The notes below the pieces were generated by a model, which ran no database searches, was not told where the DNA came from, and worked only from the letters and a program-made list of their open reading frames with translations. Of a stretch of 64,000 bases of DNA, positions 39,973-49,321 are shown one piece after another (the stretch's first letter is position 1; each line of letters begins with the position of its first letter). Where the stretch lies: NCBI GenBank assembly GCA_044220955.1, contig JBGAQA010000008.1, positions 1 through 64,000 on the forward strand, read 5' to 3'. The translations under genes and the position numbers were made by a program. This stretch comes from Sandaracinaceae bacterium (GTDB taxonomy: Bacteria; Myxococcota_A; Polyangia; Polyangiales; Sandaracinaceae).

Positions 39973-41231
39973 GCCGCTCGCTCCTGGCCGCCTCGACGCT
40001 CGCGGCGCTCGCGCTGGTCTCCGTCGCCACGCCCGCACAGGCGTACGTGCGCGAGAGCTCGAACTGGAATCCGGGCACGCTGCCCGTCACCTACTACATC
40101 AACCAGAGCACCATCCCCTCGACGCTCGGGATGAGCGCGGGCATCGCCGCGGTCGAGGGCGGGTTCGCGACGTGGGCCGCGCCGGCCTGCACGTCGTGGC
40201 GCACGACGGACGCAGGCAACACGACCACCGGGGCCAGCACCGGCGACCGCCGCAACGTGATTCTCTGGCTGAACAGCTGGCCTGCCGAGCTCGGGAGCGT
40301 GAACAGCGTCATCGGGGTGACGACGCCGGTCTGGACCAGCGGCGGCTACTTCATCGACGCCGACATCCAGTTCAACAACCAGGGCTTCCGCTGGAACACC
40401 ACGGGCAGCGGTGGCGGCAGCTACGTGGACGCGCAGTCGATCGCGACGCACGAAGAAGGCCACTTCCTCGGCCTCGACCACTCGCCCACCGGCTCGGCGA
40501 TCATGTACGCGTCCTACTCGGGCGGGCTCAAGCGCAACCTCGCGGCGGACGATCAGAACGGCGTGTGCGCGATCTATCCGTCGGGCGTCGCGCCGACCGA
40601 CGCGGGCGTGTCGACGGGCGACCCGTGCAACGCGTTCGGCACCACGTGCGCCGACTGCACGCCCAACGACGGCTGTGGGTTCTGTCCCGGAACGAGCCAG
40701 TGCGTGAGCGGCACGCCGACGGGTCCGGTCTCGGGCGCGTGCTCGGGCTACGTTTGGCTCCCGCGCGACTGCAGCGCGCCCGGGACGGACGCGGGCACGG
40801 GAGGCACGGGCCGCTTCGGCGATCCGTGCACCCAGCCGACCGACTGCGGCTCGGGCGGCCTCTGCGTGGTCGACGGAAGCGGCAACGGGTTCTGCACGCG
40901 CGCCTGCTCGGACGACTGCACGTGTCCCGACGCGTACCAGTGCTACGTCGTGAACCCCACCATCAGCGTGTGCGTGCCCGGGACGCGCTCGTGCGCGACC
41001 GGGAACGACGCAGGCATGGTGCTTCCGGGCGACGACGCGGCCGTGCTCCCCGGCGACGACGCGGCCGTGCTCCCGGGTGACGACGGCGGCACGACCTCGG
41101 GCGGCACGCGCGCCAGTGGATGTGGCTGCGCCGCGGCGGGGACGGGAGCGGAGGGTCTCGGCGCGGGTGCCCTCGCGCTCGCCCTGCTCGGCCTCGTCGC
41201 ATCGCGCCGCCGACGGCGCAGCGCCCGCTGA
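39969..41231 (+). CDS. Matrixin (M10-like metzincin) protease with Cys-rich region and MYXO-CTERM-type anchor
   Basis: DADIQFN, HEEGHFLGLDHS, Met-turn AIMY; tail SGCGCAAAG...ALALLGLVASRRRRR. Confidence 0.9.
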   Translation: MSRSLLAASTLAALALVSVATPAQAYVRESSNWNPGTLPVTYYINQSTIPSTLGMSAGIAAVEGGFATWAAPACTSWRTTDAGNTTTGASTGDRRNVILWLNSWPAELGSVNSVIGVTTPVWTSGGYFIDADIQFNNQGFRWNTTGSGGGSYVDAQSIATHEEGHFLGLDHSPTGSAIMYASYSGGLKRNLAADDQNGVCAIYPSGVAPTDAGVSTGDPCNAFGTTCADCTPNDGCGFCPGTSQCVSGTPTGPVSGACSGYVWLPRDCSAPGTDAGTGGTGRFGDPCTQPTDCGSGGLCVVDGSGNGFCTRACSDDCTCPDAYQCYVVNPTISVCVPGTRSCATGNDAGMVLPGDDAAVLPGDDAAVLPGDDGGTTSGGTRASGCGCAAAGTGAEGLGAGALALALLGLVASRRRRRSAR

Positions 41232-41253
41232 AGCGCGTGTAGGATCGGCGTGC

Positions 41254-42507
41254 ATGAAGCGCCCGCCGATCGCCGCCTCGCTCCTCGCCCTCTGCGTCGC
41301 GTGCTCGGGCTCCGCCTCGACCGGCGCGGATGCGTCTCGCTCCTTGGACGCGGGCATCCTGCTCGATGGCGGGTCGGACGGGAGCCCGGCGGACGCCGGC
41401 GTGCCGCCCACGGACGCCGGCGACGGCAGGTACGCGTGCGACCCGAGCGTGGGGCTCGTCGCTCCCCTGCCGGTCTGCAGCGTGGGCGATCCCTGCACGC
41501 GTCTGATCGTAGGCGCGGGCACGACGCCGATCACGACCGCGAGCGAGGTCCCGACGTGCACGGCGAGCGCGGCGCGCGGCGGCTTCACCGACGGCGCTCC
41601 TCGGACGTTCACGGACGCCGACGGGAACACGCGATACGCGTGCGCGTACCTCCCGCCGGCCGCGAGCGCCAGCGCGCAGGTGCCGCTGGTGGTGTTCTGG
41701 CACGGCGCGGGCGGGCACGCGGACGACGCCTACGAGGGCACCTCGCTCCGCCTGCACGCGCAGAGCTACGACCTGAGCGGCGACGCGGCGCGGCCGGGCT
41801 TCGCGCTCGTGTCGATCCAGGGCCGCAACCTCCACTGGCCGACGCTCGACCCGCGCGACGGACCGCACCACGACCAGTTCCACCGCGACCTCGCCGCGCC
41901 GTCCACGAACCGTGACGTCGCGCTGGCCGACACGATCATCGACGAGCTCGTCGCGGACGGGCGCATCGACGCGAGCCGCGTCTACGTGATGGGCTGGTCG
42001 AACGGCGGCTTCTTCGCGCAGCTCTACGCGATCGCGCGTCACGAGGTGCCGACGCCGGGCGGCAACCGCGTCGCGGCGGCGTCGGTGTTCACGGCGGCCG
42101 ATCCCTTCCAGTCTCCGCGCTTCGCCGACGCGGGCCGCTGCGATCTCGCGCCCGTGCCGGCGACGACCGTGCCGATCCGCATCGTGTCGCGCGCTTGCGA
42201 CATCATCGCGTGCGACCAGGCCCAGCTCGACGACCTCGTCGCGAACGACATGTACGTCGCGCCGCCGGGCGTGGTCGTGGAGAGCTGGGTGATGCGTCTG
42301 TCGACCGAGCTGGGTGATCCCACCACGGAGTGGGAGATCGTGGCGGGCACCGGCGCGACGACTGCGTCGTGCACGAGCCCCGCGCTCTGCGGCCTCGGCA
42401 TCGCCGGGCTCAACCACATCCGCTGGCCCGACGGAGTCGGCGACGGGAGCGGCACCGATCACGAGCCCGCGATGCTCGACTTCCTCCGCGCGCACCCGCT
42501 GCCGTGA
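41254..42507 (+). CDS. Lipoprotein alpha/beta-hydrolase (esterase/depolymerase-like)
   Basis: Lipobox CVAC; PLVVFWHGAGG; IDASRVYVMGWSNGG nucleophile elbow; NHIRWP. Confidence 0.82.
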   Translation: MKRPPIAASLLALCVACSGSASTGADASRSLDAGILLDGGSDGSPADAGVPPTDAGDGRYACDPSVGLVAPLPVCSVGDPCTRLIVGAGTTPITTASEVPTCTASAARGGFTDGAPRTFTDADGNTRYACAYLPPAASASAQVPLVVFWHGAGGHADDAYEGTSLRLHAQSYDLSGDAARPGFALVSIQGRNLHWPTLDPRDGPHHDQFHRDLAAPSTNRDVALADTIIDELVADGRIDASRVYVMGWSNGGFFAQLYAIARHEVPTPGGNRVAAASVFTAADPFQSPRFADAGRCDLAPVPATTVPIRIVSRACDIIACDQAQLDDLVANDMYVAPPGVVVESWVMRLSTELGDPTTEWEIVAGTGATTASCTSPALCGLGIAGLNHIRWPDGVGDGSGTDHEPAMLDFLRAHPLP

Positions 42508-42545
42508 GGCGTTCTCGACGTTCGTCCCACGACCGGTGACCCCGA

Positions 42546-43457
42546 TCAGATGTGGAAGCCGATCTGGCCGAAGCCGCTCAGCTGGTAGCCGACGGCATCA
42601 CCCTGACGGCTCGGGCAGAAGTCGGTGACACCCATGCACGGCATCCGCGGATCGCTCTGACGCGTCATGTTGAGCACGTCGAGCCCGATGCCGGCGCCGA
42701 TCGTGAACCAGTTGGCGAGGAAGATGTCGACGCCGAGCGCGGCGTCGATCGCCCAGCCGTACACGGTCGTCGCCGGCTGTGTCGTCACGCCCGCCGTCGT
42801 CACGGTGTAGTTCGCGTCGCCCTGCCAGGCGTACCCCGCACCGACGCGCAGGTAGGGCTCGACCACGGGGATCGGTAGCCGGAGCGCGACCTCGCCGCCG
42901 ACGGTTCCGATCTGGAACGTGTTGTACGACGCGAACGTCGTGCGCGCGCCGACGGCGATCCAGTAGACGCGGAAGCCGAGCGCACCGCCGACCAGAGGCC
43001 CCGTGGAGTTGATCTCGTCGAACACCGAGCCGCCCCCCGTAGCGGCGGCTTCGGCGAAGTTGGTGTTTCCGAAGGCGACGAGGTTGACGTTGGCGATGCC
43101 ACCGAAGGCCTCGATCCAGAGGAAGTCCACGTCCCGCCCGTCGCCCTCGTCCTCTTCTTCCGCGGGCGCGGGCGCGGGCGCCGTCGAGGTCGCGGTGGCA
43201 CGCGAGGGCGAGGTCGAGCCCGAGCCCGAGGTCGAGCGCGCGATCGAGGTCGAGGTCGAGCCCGACGACGTCGAGGTCGAGCCCGACGACGTCGAGCCCG
43301 AGGTCGACGTCGTGCTCGCCGCGCCCGCCCCGTCGGTCGAGCCCGCGCCGGTCGCCGTGCCGCCGCCCGCGGTCTGCGCCGCCGCTCGGCTCGTCGTCGC
43401 GCCGATCCCGAGCACGCACGCCACCACGATCGCGACCGCGCTCCGAGATCTCGTCAT
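42546..43457 (-). CDS. Outer-membrane beta-barrel protein with Ser/Thr-rich N-terminal linker
   Basis: Signal peptide, low-complexity S/T tract, amphipathic strands (VEPYLRVGAGY, LGVDIFL), C-terminal GQIGFHI. Confidence 0.75.
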   Translation of the reverse strand: MTRSRSAVAIVVACVLGIGATTSRAAAQTAGGGTATGAGSTDGAGAASTTSTSGSTSSGSTSTSSGSTSTSIARSTSGSGSTSPSRATATSTAPAPAPAEEEDEGDGRDVDFLWIEAFGGIANVNLVAFGNTNFAEAAATGGGSVFDEINSTGPLVGGALGFRVYWIAVGARTTFASYNTFQIGTVGGEVALRLPIPVVEPYLRVGAGYAWQGDANYTVTTAGVTTQPATTVYGWAIDAALGVDIFLANWFTIGAGIGLDVLNMTRQSDPRMPCMGVTDFCPSRQGDAVGYQLSGFGQIGFHI

Positions 43458-43678
43458 GTTTCGTCTCCCGAGCGCTCCGAGGCGCCTTCGTCCATCATGT
43501 CGGCCGACTCGCCCGCCACGCGGTAGCCCTCCCCGAGCCACGTCGCGAGGTCGATGCGCTTGCAGCGCAGCGAGCAGAGCGGTGCGAACTTCGGGCCCCG
43601 CTCGGGGCCCTCCTCCGTCGTCGGAAGCACGCCTCGGCAGATCGGGCAGCGCGCCTTTCGCACGCGCTCACTCGCCAT
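43454..43678 (-). CDS. yacG: DNA gyrase inhibitor YacG
   Basis: CPIC...PLCSLRCKRIDLATWLGEGYRV. Confidence 0.9.
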   Translation of the reverse strand: MASERVRKARCPICRGVLPTTEEGPERGPKFAPLCSLRCKRIDLATWLGEGYRVAGESADMMDEGASERSGDET

Positions 43679-44783
43679 CGGCGTCGATCTCCTCTTCTTC
43701 CATCGCCCGCCGCTCGGCCGTCGTCGGCTCCTCCGTGAGCAGGCCCGTCTCGAGCACGCTGCGCGGCTGGGGGCGGGGGAAGCGGCCCTTCACGGCGGCG
43801 ACCACGTCGCCCTTTCCGGCGTTCGCCGGGACGACCACGATCTCCGGGTCGCTGGTGTCCGAGTCGTCGTCCACCATCATGATCTCCGCGTCGTCGTCGC
43901 TGCGGGGTGGGGGCCGGCTGGGGCGCCGGGGCGCCGGGGGCGGCCGCGTGGCATGGCGCTTGGGGATCGCCGACACGCCTTGATAGGCATCGATCCGCAC
44001 CACGACGACGGCCACGTTGTCGTCCGCCGGCGCGAGCAGCGCGCGCGCGACCAGCGTCTTGGCCGTCTCTGCGGCGCGCACCGTCGTCGAGAGCACCTCG
44101 GCGATGTCGTCGTCGCTGAGGACGTCCGTGAGGCCGTCGCTGCAGAGCACGAAGCGGTCGAGCGGAGCGAGGTCGAGCGTGCGCACGCTGACGCGCAGCG
44201 CTTCGCTCATCCCGAGCGCGCGGGTGATCACGTTGCGAGGCAGGCGCGCGGCGTCCTCCTCCGGCAGGTCCGGCCGCAGCTCGAGGACCTCGTTCGCGAG
44301 CGAGTGATCCTGCGTGAGGAGCTCGAGCCGCCCCTGGCGCATGCGATAGCAGCGGCTGTCGCCGACGTGCGCCACGTGTACCAGGCCGTGCGTCGGCGCC
44401 GGTGCGATGGCCACCACCGTCGTGCCCATGCCTCGGTAGCGGCTGCCGCTCTTGGCGACCTCGAGCACCTCGCGGTTGGCGGCCTGGAAGCCCGAGCTGA
44501 GGCGTCGCGCGATGACCGGCAGGCCGAGCACGTCGAACACGGGGGCGCTCGCCATCGCGTCGCGCGTCGCCTCGAAGTGTCGCGCGAGCCCGGCGAGGGC
44601 GATGCTCGATGCCACGTTGCCGGCGTTCTCGCCTCCCGCCCCGTCTGCCACCGCGAAGAGGCCGAGATCCGGCCGGACCAGCACGCCGTCCTCGTCGTAG
44701 CTGCGCGCGCCGATGTTCTTCTCCGACGCGGCGTCGACCTCGAAGAGCGGTGCTTCGGGCTCGGTCCCTTCCGTGATCGTCAT
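43668..44783 (-). CDS. PP2C-family Ser/Thr protein phosphatase
   Basis: VADGAGG, MGTT, HVGDSRCY, LTQDHS, ITRALG, LCSDGL, DDNV. Confidence 0.93.
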   Translation of the reverse strand: MTITEGTEPEAPLFEVDAASEKNIGARSYDEDGVLVRPDLGLFAVADGAGGENAGNVASSIALAGLARHFEATRDAMASAPVFDVLGLPVIARRLSSGFQAANREVLEVAKSGSRYRGMGTTVVAIAPAPTHGLVHVAHVGDSRCYRMRQGRLELLTQDHSLANEVLELRPDLPEEDAARLPRNVITRALGMSEALRVSVRTLDLAPLDRFVLCSDGLTDVLSDDDIAEVLSTTVRAAETAKTLVARALLAPADDNVAVVVVRIDAYQGVSAIPKRHATRPPPAPRRPSRPPPRSDDDAEIMMVDDDSDTSDPEIVVVPANAGKGDVVAAVKGRFPRPQPRSVLETGLLTEEPTTAERRAMEEEEIDADGE

Positions 44784-44810
44784 CGTACCCCCGAGTATAC
44801 ACTCGCCTCC

Positions 44811-45809
44811 ATGCGCGCCCTCGCTTCTCCGCCCGATGCGGTCGTGGACCCACGAACCGGCTCGCCCGCATACGGCTCGTACCGCGGGGCGCTGCGCCGC
44901 TCGGACCTCACGCGCCTCGCGCCTGATCTCGTCAGTCGCGTGCTGACCGAGAAGCGCTGGCTCTGGGGCGCGATCGTCAAGGACGAGCTGATGCTCGCCT
45001 TCGCGGTGGTGGACCTGGGCTACGCGTCGAACGGGTTCGCGTACGCCTACACCCCGAGCGAAGGGATCGTCGCCCACACCTCGATCGTGGGCGTGCCCCG
45101 GCTCTCCCGCGTGAGGCAGACGGCCACGCGCCGCATCGACGCCCGCGTGCGCGACCCGCGCCTCGGGATTCGCGTGACCCACGACGATCACGATCCCCAG
45201 ATCGAGGTCGCGCTGCGCTCCGGCACGCTGGAGGTCCACGCCACGATGGACACCCGCGGGGCGCCGCCGCCGATCACCGCGATCGCACCCGTCGAGAAAG
45301 GGGTCGTCGACGTCACCGAGAAGCGCGTGCTGATGCCGGTGCGCGGCTCGGCGCTCGTCCGGGGCAAGCGGGTCTCGCTCGACGGGGCGCTCGGGGGGTA
45401 CGACTTCTCGCATGGGATCCTGCCGCGCCACACGAAGTGGAACTGGGCGTTCTTCATGGGGCGCGACGCGTCGGGCGTGCCGGTGGCGCTCAACGTCGTC
45501 GCGGGCTGGACGCGCGAGCACGAGTGCGCGCTCTGGGCCGGCGGCGAGCTCCACGGGGTGCCCGAGGCGGTGTTCGCGTACGACGGCGCGCGGCCGACGG
45601 CGCCCTGGAAGGTGACGACGCCCGACGGCTCCGTCGACGTCGTGCTGGCGCCGCGCGCGATCCACGCGGAGGAGAAGGACCTCGGCGTCGTGCGATCGGC
45701 CTTCAAGCAGGCGATCGGCCGCTACGAGGGCACGCTGCGCGTCGACGGGCACGCACACGGGATCCGCGACGTGATCGGCGTCGCCGAAGAGCAGGACGTC
45801 GTCTGGTGA
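44811..45809 (+). CDS. DUF2804-like protein
   Basis: KRWLW, DLGYASNGF, DFSHGILPRHTKWNWA, SAFKQAIGRYEG, GVAEEQDVVW. Confidence 0.78.
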   Translation: MRALASPPDAVVDPRTGSPAYGSYRGALRRSDLTRLAPDLVSRVLTEKRWLWGAIVKDELMLAFAVVDLGYASNGFAYAYTPSEGIVAHTSIVGVPRLSRVRQTATRRIDARVRDPRLGIRVTHDDHDPQIEVALRSGTLEVHATMDTRGAPPPITAIAPVEKGVVDVTEKRVLMPVRGSALVRGKRVSLDGALGGYDFSHGILPRHTKWNWAFFMGRDASGVPVALNVVAGWTREHECALWAGGELHGVPEAVFAYDGARPTAPWKVTTPDGSVDVVLAPRAIHAEEKDLGVVRSAFKQAIGRYEGTLRVDGHAHGIRDVIGVAEEQDVVW

Positions 45810-46885
45810 GCGCGGGAACGCTCGACCGGCCCGAGAAGGTGCGCGAAGGGGCGGAGCTCGACACCACGCGCCTCGCGCCCTGGCTCGCGGCGCGGGGCCT
45901 CGCCGGCGACGTGGAGGTCATGCAGTTCCCGCGCGGCTACTCGAACGTCACGTACCTGCTCCGGGTCGGAGACCGCGAGGTGGTGCTGCGGCGCGGTCCG
46001 CCGGGCGTGAAGATCGCGTCGGCGCACGACATGGGCCGCGAGCACAAGATCCTCTCCCACCTCGCGAACGTCTGGCCGAAGGTGCCCCGCGTCGTCCTGA
46101 TGTGCGAGGACGAGAGCGTGATCGGCGGCGCGTTCTACGTGATGGAGCGCGTGCGCGGCGTGATCCTGCGCGCGAAGCTCCCCGCGGGAATCGTCCTTCC
46201 GCCCGAGCGCATGAAGCACCTGAGCGAGGCGCTCGTCGACACGCTCGCCGAGATCCACGGCATCGACCTCGCGGCGGCGGGTCTGAGCGATCTCGGCAAG
46301 CCGACCGGCTACAACCAGCGGCAGGTGAGGGGCTGGAGCGAGCGCTACGAGAAGGCTCGGACCGACGAGATCCCCGAGATGGAAGAGGTCGCGCGCTGGC
46401 TCGCGGCGAGCGTGCCCGCCGAGTCGGCGGCGACGCTCGTCCACAACGACTTCAAGTACGACAACGTCGTGCTGAGCGAGGATCTCGAGCGGGTGGTCGC
46501 CGTGCTCGACTGGGAGATGTCCACGATCGGCGATCCCCTGATGGATCTCGGCTGCGCGCTCTCGTACTGGGTCGAGGAGAAGGACTCGCCCTTGCTGCGC
46601 GCGACGCGCTTCGGTCCGACCGATCTGCCGGGGAGCCTCACCCGAGCCGAGGTCGTCGCCCGCTGGGAAGCGAAGACCGGCCGCGCGGCGACCAACATGC
46701 CCTTCTACTACTCGTTCGCGCTCTTCAAGCTCGCGGTCGTCGCGCAGCAGCTCTATCAGCGCTACGTGCGCGGGCTCACGAAGGAGCAGCGGTACGCGTT
46801 CCTGATCGAGGGCGTGAAGGGCCTGAGCCGGGCCGCGGCGCGGGTGATCGCGACCGGGAACTGGCAGACGCTCGAGGCCGGTTGA
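45806..46885 (+). CDS. APH-like phosphotransferase (ACAD10/11 kinase-domain type)
   Basis: QFPRGYSNVTY, SAHDMGRE, FYVME, VHNDFKYDN, VLDWEMSTIGDPLMDL. Confidence 0.92.
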   Translation: MSAGTLDRPEKVREGAELDTTRLAPWLAARGLAGDVEVMQFPRGYSNVTYLLRVGDREVVLRRGPPGVKIASAHDMGREHKILSHLANVWPKVPRVVLMCEDESVIGGAFYVMERVRGVILRAKLPAGIVLPPERMKHLSEALVDTLAEIHGIDLAAAGLSDLGKPTGYNQRQVRGWSERYEKARTDEIPEMEEVARWLAASVPAESAATLVHNDFKYDNVVLSEDLERVVAVLDWEMSTIGDPLMDLGCALSYWVEEKDSPLLRATRFGPTDLPGSLTRAEVVARWEAKTGRAATNMPFYYSFALFKLAVVAQQLYQRYVRGLTKEQRYAFLIEGVKGLSRAAARVIATGNWQTLEAG

Positions 46886-46931
46886 TCCCAGCCGGGGCCA
46901 CGCGCGCCGCGGGCTGATACGCTCCGCGCCC

Positions 46932-48140
46932 ATGGCGTTCCTCCCCACCGATCGTGCGAAGGCCGTCGTCGACGGCGTGAAGAAGTTCCTCGACGAGCGG
47001 GTGATCCCGCTCGAGCCGATGCTCGTGCGAGAGGGCTTCGTGGCGATGCTGCCGAAGCTCGCCGAGCTGCGCGCGGACGCGAAGGCGCGCGGGCTCTGGG
47101 CGCCGTTCCTGCCCGAGTCGCTCGGCGGGCGCGGGCTCACGCTCGTCGAGTACGCCTACGTGAGCGAGGCGCTCGGCCGCTCCCCCGTCGCGCACTACAC
47201 GCTGAACTGCCAGGCGCCCGACGTCGGCAACATGGAGCTCCTGCATCAATTCGGCAGCGACGCCCAGAAGCAGCGCTGGCTCGGGCCCCTCGCGCGCGGC
47301 GAGATCCGCAGCTGCTTCGGCATGACCGAGCCCGAGAACGCCGGCTCGAACCCGGTGTGGCTCGGCACCCGTGCCCGCAAGGAGGGCAGCGACTACGTCA
47401 TCGACGGCCGCAAGTGGTTCACCTCCGGCGCCGAGGGATCGAAGGTCTGCATCGTGATGGCGGTGACGGATCCCGACGCGTCCCCGTACGCGCGCGCGTC
47501 GCAGATCCTCGTCCCGACCGACACGCCCGGCTTCGAGATCGTGCGCAACATCTCGGTGATGGGCGAGAGCGGCGGTGACTGGGCGAGCCACGCCGAGGTC
47601 GTGCTGCGCGGCGTGCGCGTGCCACAGGACAACCGTCTCGGCGCCGAGGGTGCCGGCTTCCTGCTGGCGCAGGAGCGCCTCGGGCCGGGTCGCATCCACC
47701 ACGCGATGCGCTGGATCGGCGTCGCGGAGCGCGCGCTCGAGCTGATGGTGAAGCGCGCCGCCACGCGCGAGCTCTCCCCCGGCAAGCCGCTCGGCACGCA
47801 GCAGCAGGTGCAGTTCTGGATCGCCGAGAGCCGCGCCGAGATCGACGCCGCGCGCCTCTCGGTGCTCGACTGCGCCGAGCGCATCGACCGCGACGGGGCG
47901 GCGGCGGCGCGCGACTCGATCTCGACCATCAAGTTCTTCGTGGCGAAGATCCTCAACGACGTGCTCGACCGTGCCATCCAGGTGCACGGCGCGCTCGGCA
48001 TGACCGACGACACGCCGCTGGCGTGGTGGTACCGCCACGAGCGCGCGGCGCGCATCTACGACGGCCCGGACGAGGTCCACAAGGCATCGCTCGGCAGGCG
48101 GATCCTGGCGCGCGCGGGGATGCCGCAGAAGAAGGACTAG
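46932..48140 (+). CDS. Acyl-CoA dehydrogenase, ACAD10/11-like
   Basis: NCQAPDVGNME, SCFGMTEP, GRKWFTSG, AQERLGPGRIHHAMR, RIYDGPDEVH. Confidence 0.95.
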   Translation: MAFLPTDRAKAVVDGVKKFLDERVIPLEPMLVREGFVAMLPKLAELRADAKARGLWAPFLPESLGGRGLTLVEYAYVSEALGRSPVAHYTLNCQAPDVGNMELLHQFGSDAQKQRWLGPLARGEIRSCFGMTEPENAGSNPVWLGTRARKEGSDYVIDGRKWFTSGAEGSKVCIVMAVTDPDASPYARASQILVPTDTPGFEIVRNISVMGESGGDWASHAEVVLRGVRVPQDNRLGAEGAGFLLAQERLGPGRIHHAMRWIGVAERALELMVKRAATRELSPGKPLGTQQQVQFWIAESRAEIDAARLSVLDCAERIDRDGAAAARDSISTIKFFVAKILNDVLDRAIQVHGALGMTDDTPLAWWYRHERAARIYDGPDEVHKASLGRRILARAGMPQKKD

Positions 48141-48240
48141 AGAGGGACTGACGATCGACGGGTCGCCCCTCACCCGACCGTCTCCTCCCGTCTCGTCTGA
48201 GTGGCCGGTCGATTCTGTCCCCAGAATCGTGATCGGTCAT

Positions 48241-49239
48241 CTAGGGCGAGGGCGCGCCCGGCGGTGCGTACGCGTGGGTCGGCATGTCGGGGACGACGTC
48301 GTGGACCGGGGCGTCTCGCGCGTCCCTCACGGGCGCGTGGAGCTCGCTCGCTCGCTCGCTCGTGCGGTGCCGGCGCGGGCCCTCGCGGCCCGAGGGATCG
48401 TGCTCGGCGTCGTGCACGTCGAGGAGCACGACGCGCGTGCGCAGCAGTGGCCGTCCGAGCGCCGTGCACTGCAGGCCCTGGCCGGCCTGGTCCTCCATGC
48501 AGCCCGCCTGGCCGACGTAGGGCACGACCTCGCCGGCCCAGAACGACCAGTCGCTCTCGATGGTCTGCCGCTCGCCGAGGACTCCGGGAGGCGGCGGCTG
48601 GGCCACCGCGGCCGTCGAGACGGCGGTGAGCGCGGCGGCGTCCAGCGTGTGCGAGTCGGAGCCGTGCGTGATGGTCGCGCTCAGCACGTGGCCGGTGCGG
48701 TCCTGGAGCACGTGCACCTCGACGCGGGTCCATCGCGTGTGCGCGTTCAGCATCGACTGGATCTCGAACTGCTGCTGCACCTGGGCGTCCTCGGCCGTCG
48801 TGGTGCGCATCTCGGGCGTGTACGCCGAGGCTGGCCCGCGCGGCGCCTCGGGCGGCCCGTAGCGCTCCAGCTCGTCGAGGGCGAGCTCGGGCAAGCTCAT
48901 CCCGCGACGCCGCTCGGCCTCGATCGCGACGAGGTCGGGGTGGAACTCCGCCCGCATCGAGCGCCCGAGCTCGGCGTAGTAGCCGCTGACGACTCCGTGC
49001 CGGATCGCATCGCGCCTCTGGCCGTCGACGAGCCACTGCTCCGTGCCCCGGATCGCCTCTGCCGTCGCGTCGATCGGGCCGGGCGCGTCTGCGCGGCTGC
49101 TCTGGGCCGCCACCTCGGCGGGTGCGAGCGAGGGGGCAGCGGCGTCCGGGGCCGGGGTGACGCCCGCGTCGGCCTGAGCGTTCGCCAGCCCCGGTGGCCA
49201 GAGCAAGAGGCACCCCGAGACGGCCAGCAGCGCGCGCAC
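48241..49239 (-). CDS. Exported protein with TonB C-terminal-like domain
   Basis: Signal peptide ending ANA; VEVHVLQDRTGHVLSATITHGSDSHTLDAAALTAV. Start is estimated. Confidence 0.6.
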   Translation of the reverse strand: MRALLAVSGCLLLWPPGLANAQADAGVTPAPDAAAPSLAPAEVAAQSSRADAPGPIDATAEAIRGTEQWLVDGQRRDAIRHGVVSGYYAELGRSMRAEFHPDLVAIEAERRRGMSLPELALDELERYGPPEAPRGPASAYTPEMRTTTAEDAQVQQQFEIQSMLNAHTRWTRVEVHVLQDRTGHVLSATITHGSDSHTLDAAALTAVSTAAVAQPPPPGVLGERQTIESDWSFWAGEVVPYVGQAGCMEDQAGQGLQCTALGRPLLRTRVVLLDVHDAEHDPSGREGPRRHRTSERASELHAPVRDARDAPVHDVVPDMPTHAYAPPGAPSP

Positions 49240-49321
49240 GCGTGGAACATACGCACCGCGTGTGCGCTTTCTTTCGCGCCCGCCCGCGGCTATACCGCGC
49301 CCACCCTCAGGACCCTCCCGC

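Noticed and set aside
43195..43312. GAGGTCGAG repeats
   Set aside because: They simply encode the Ser/Thr linker of the outer-membrane protein on the minus strand.
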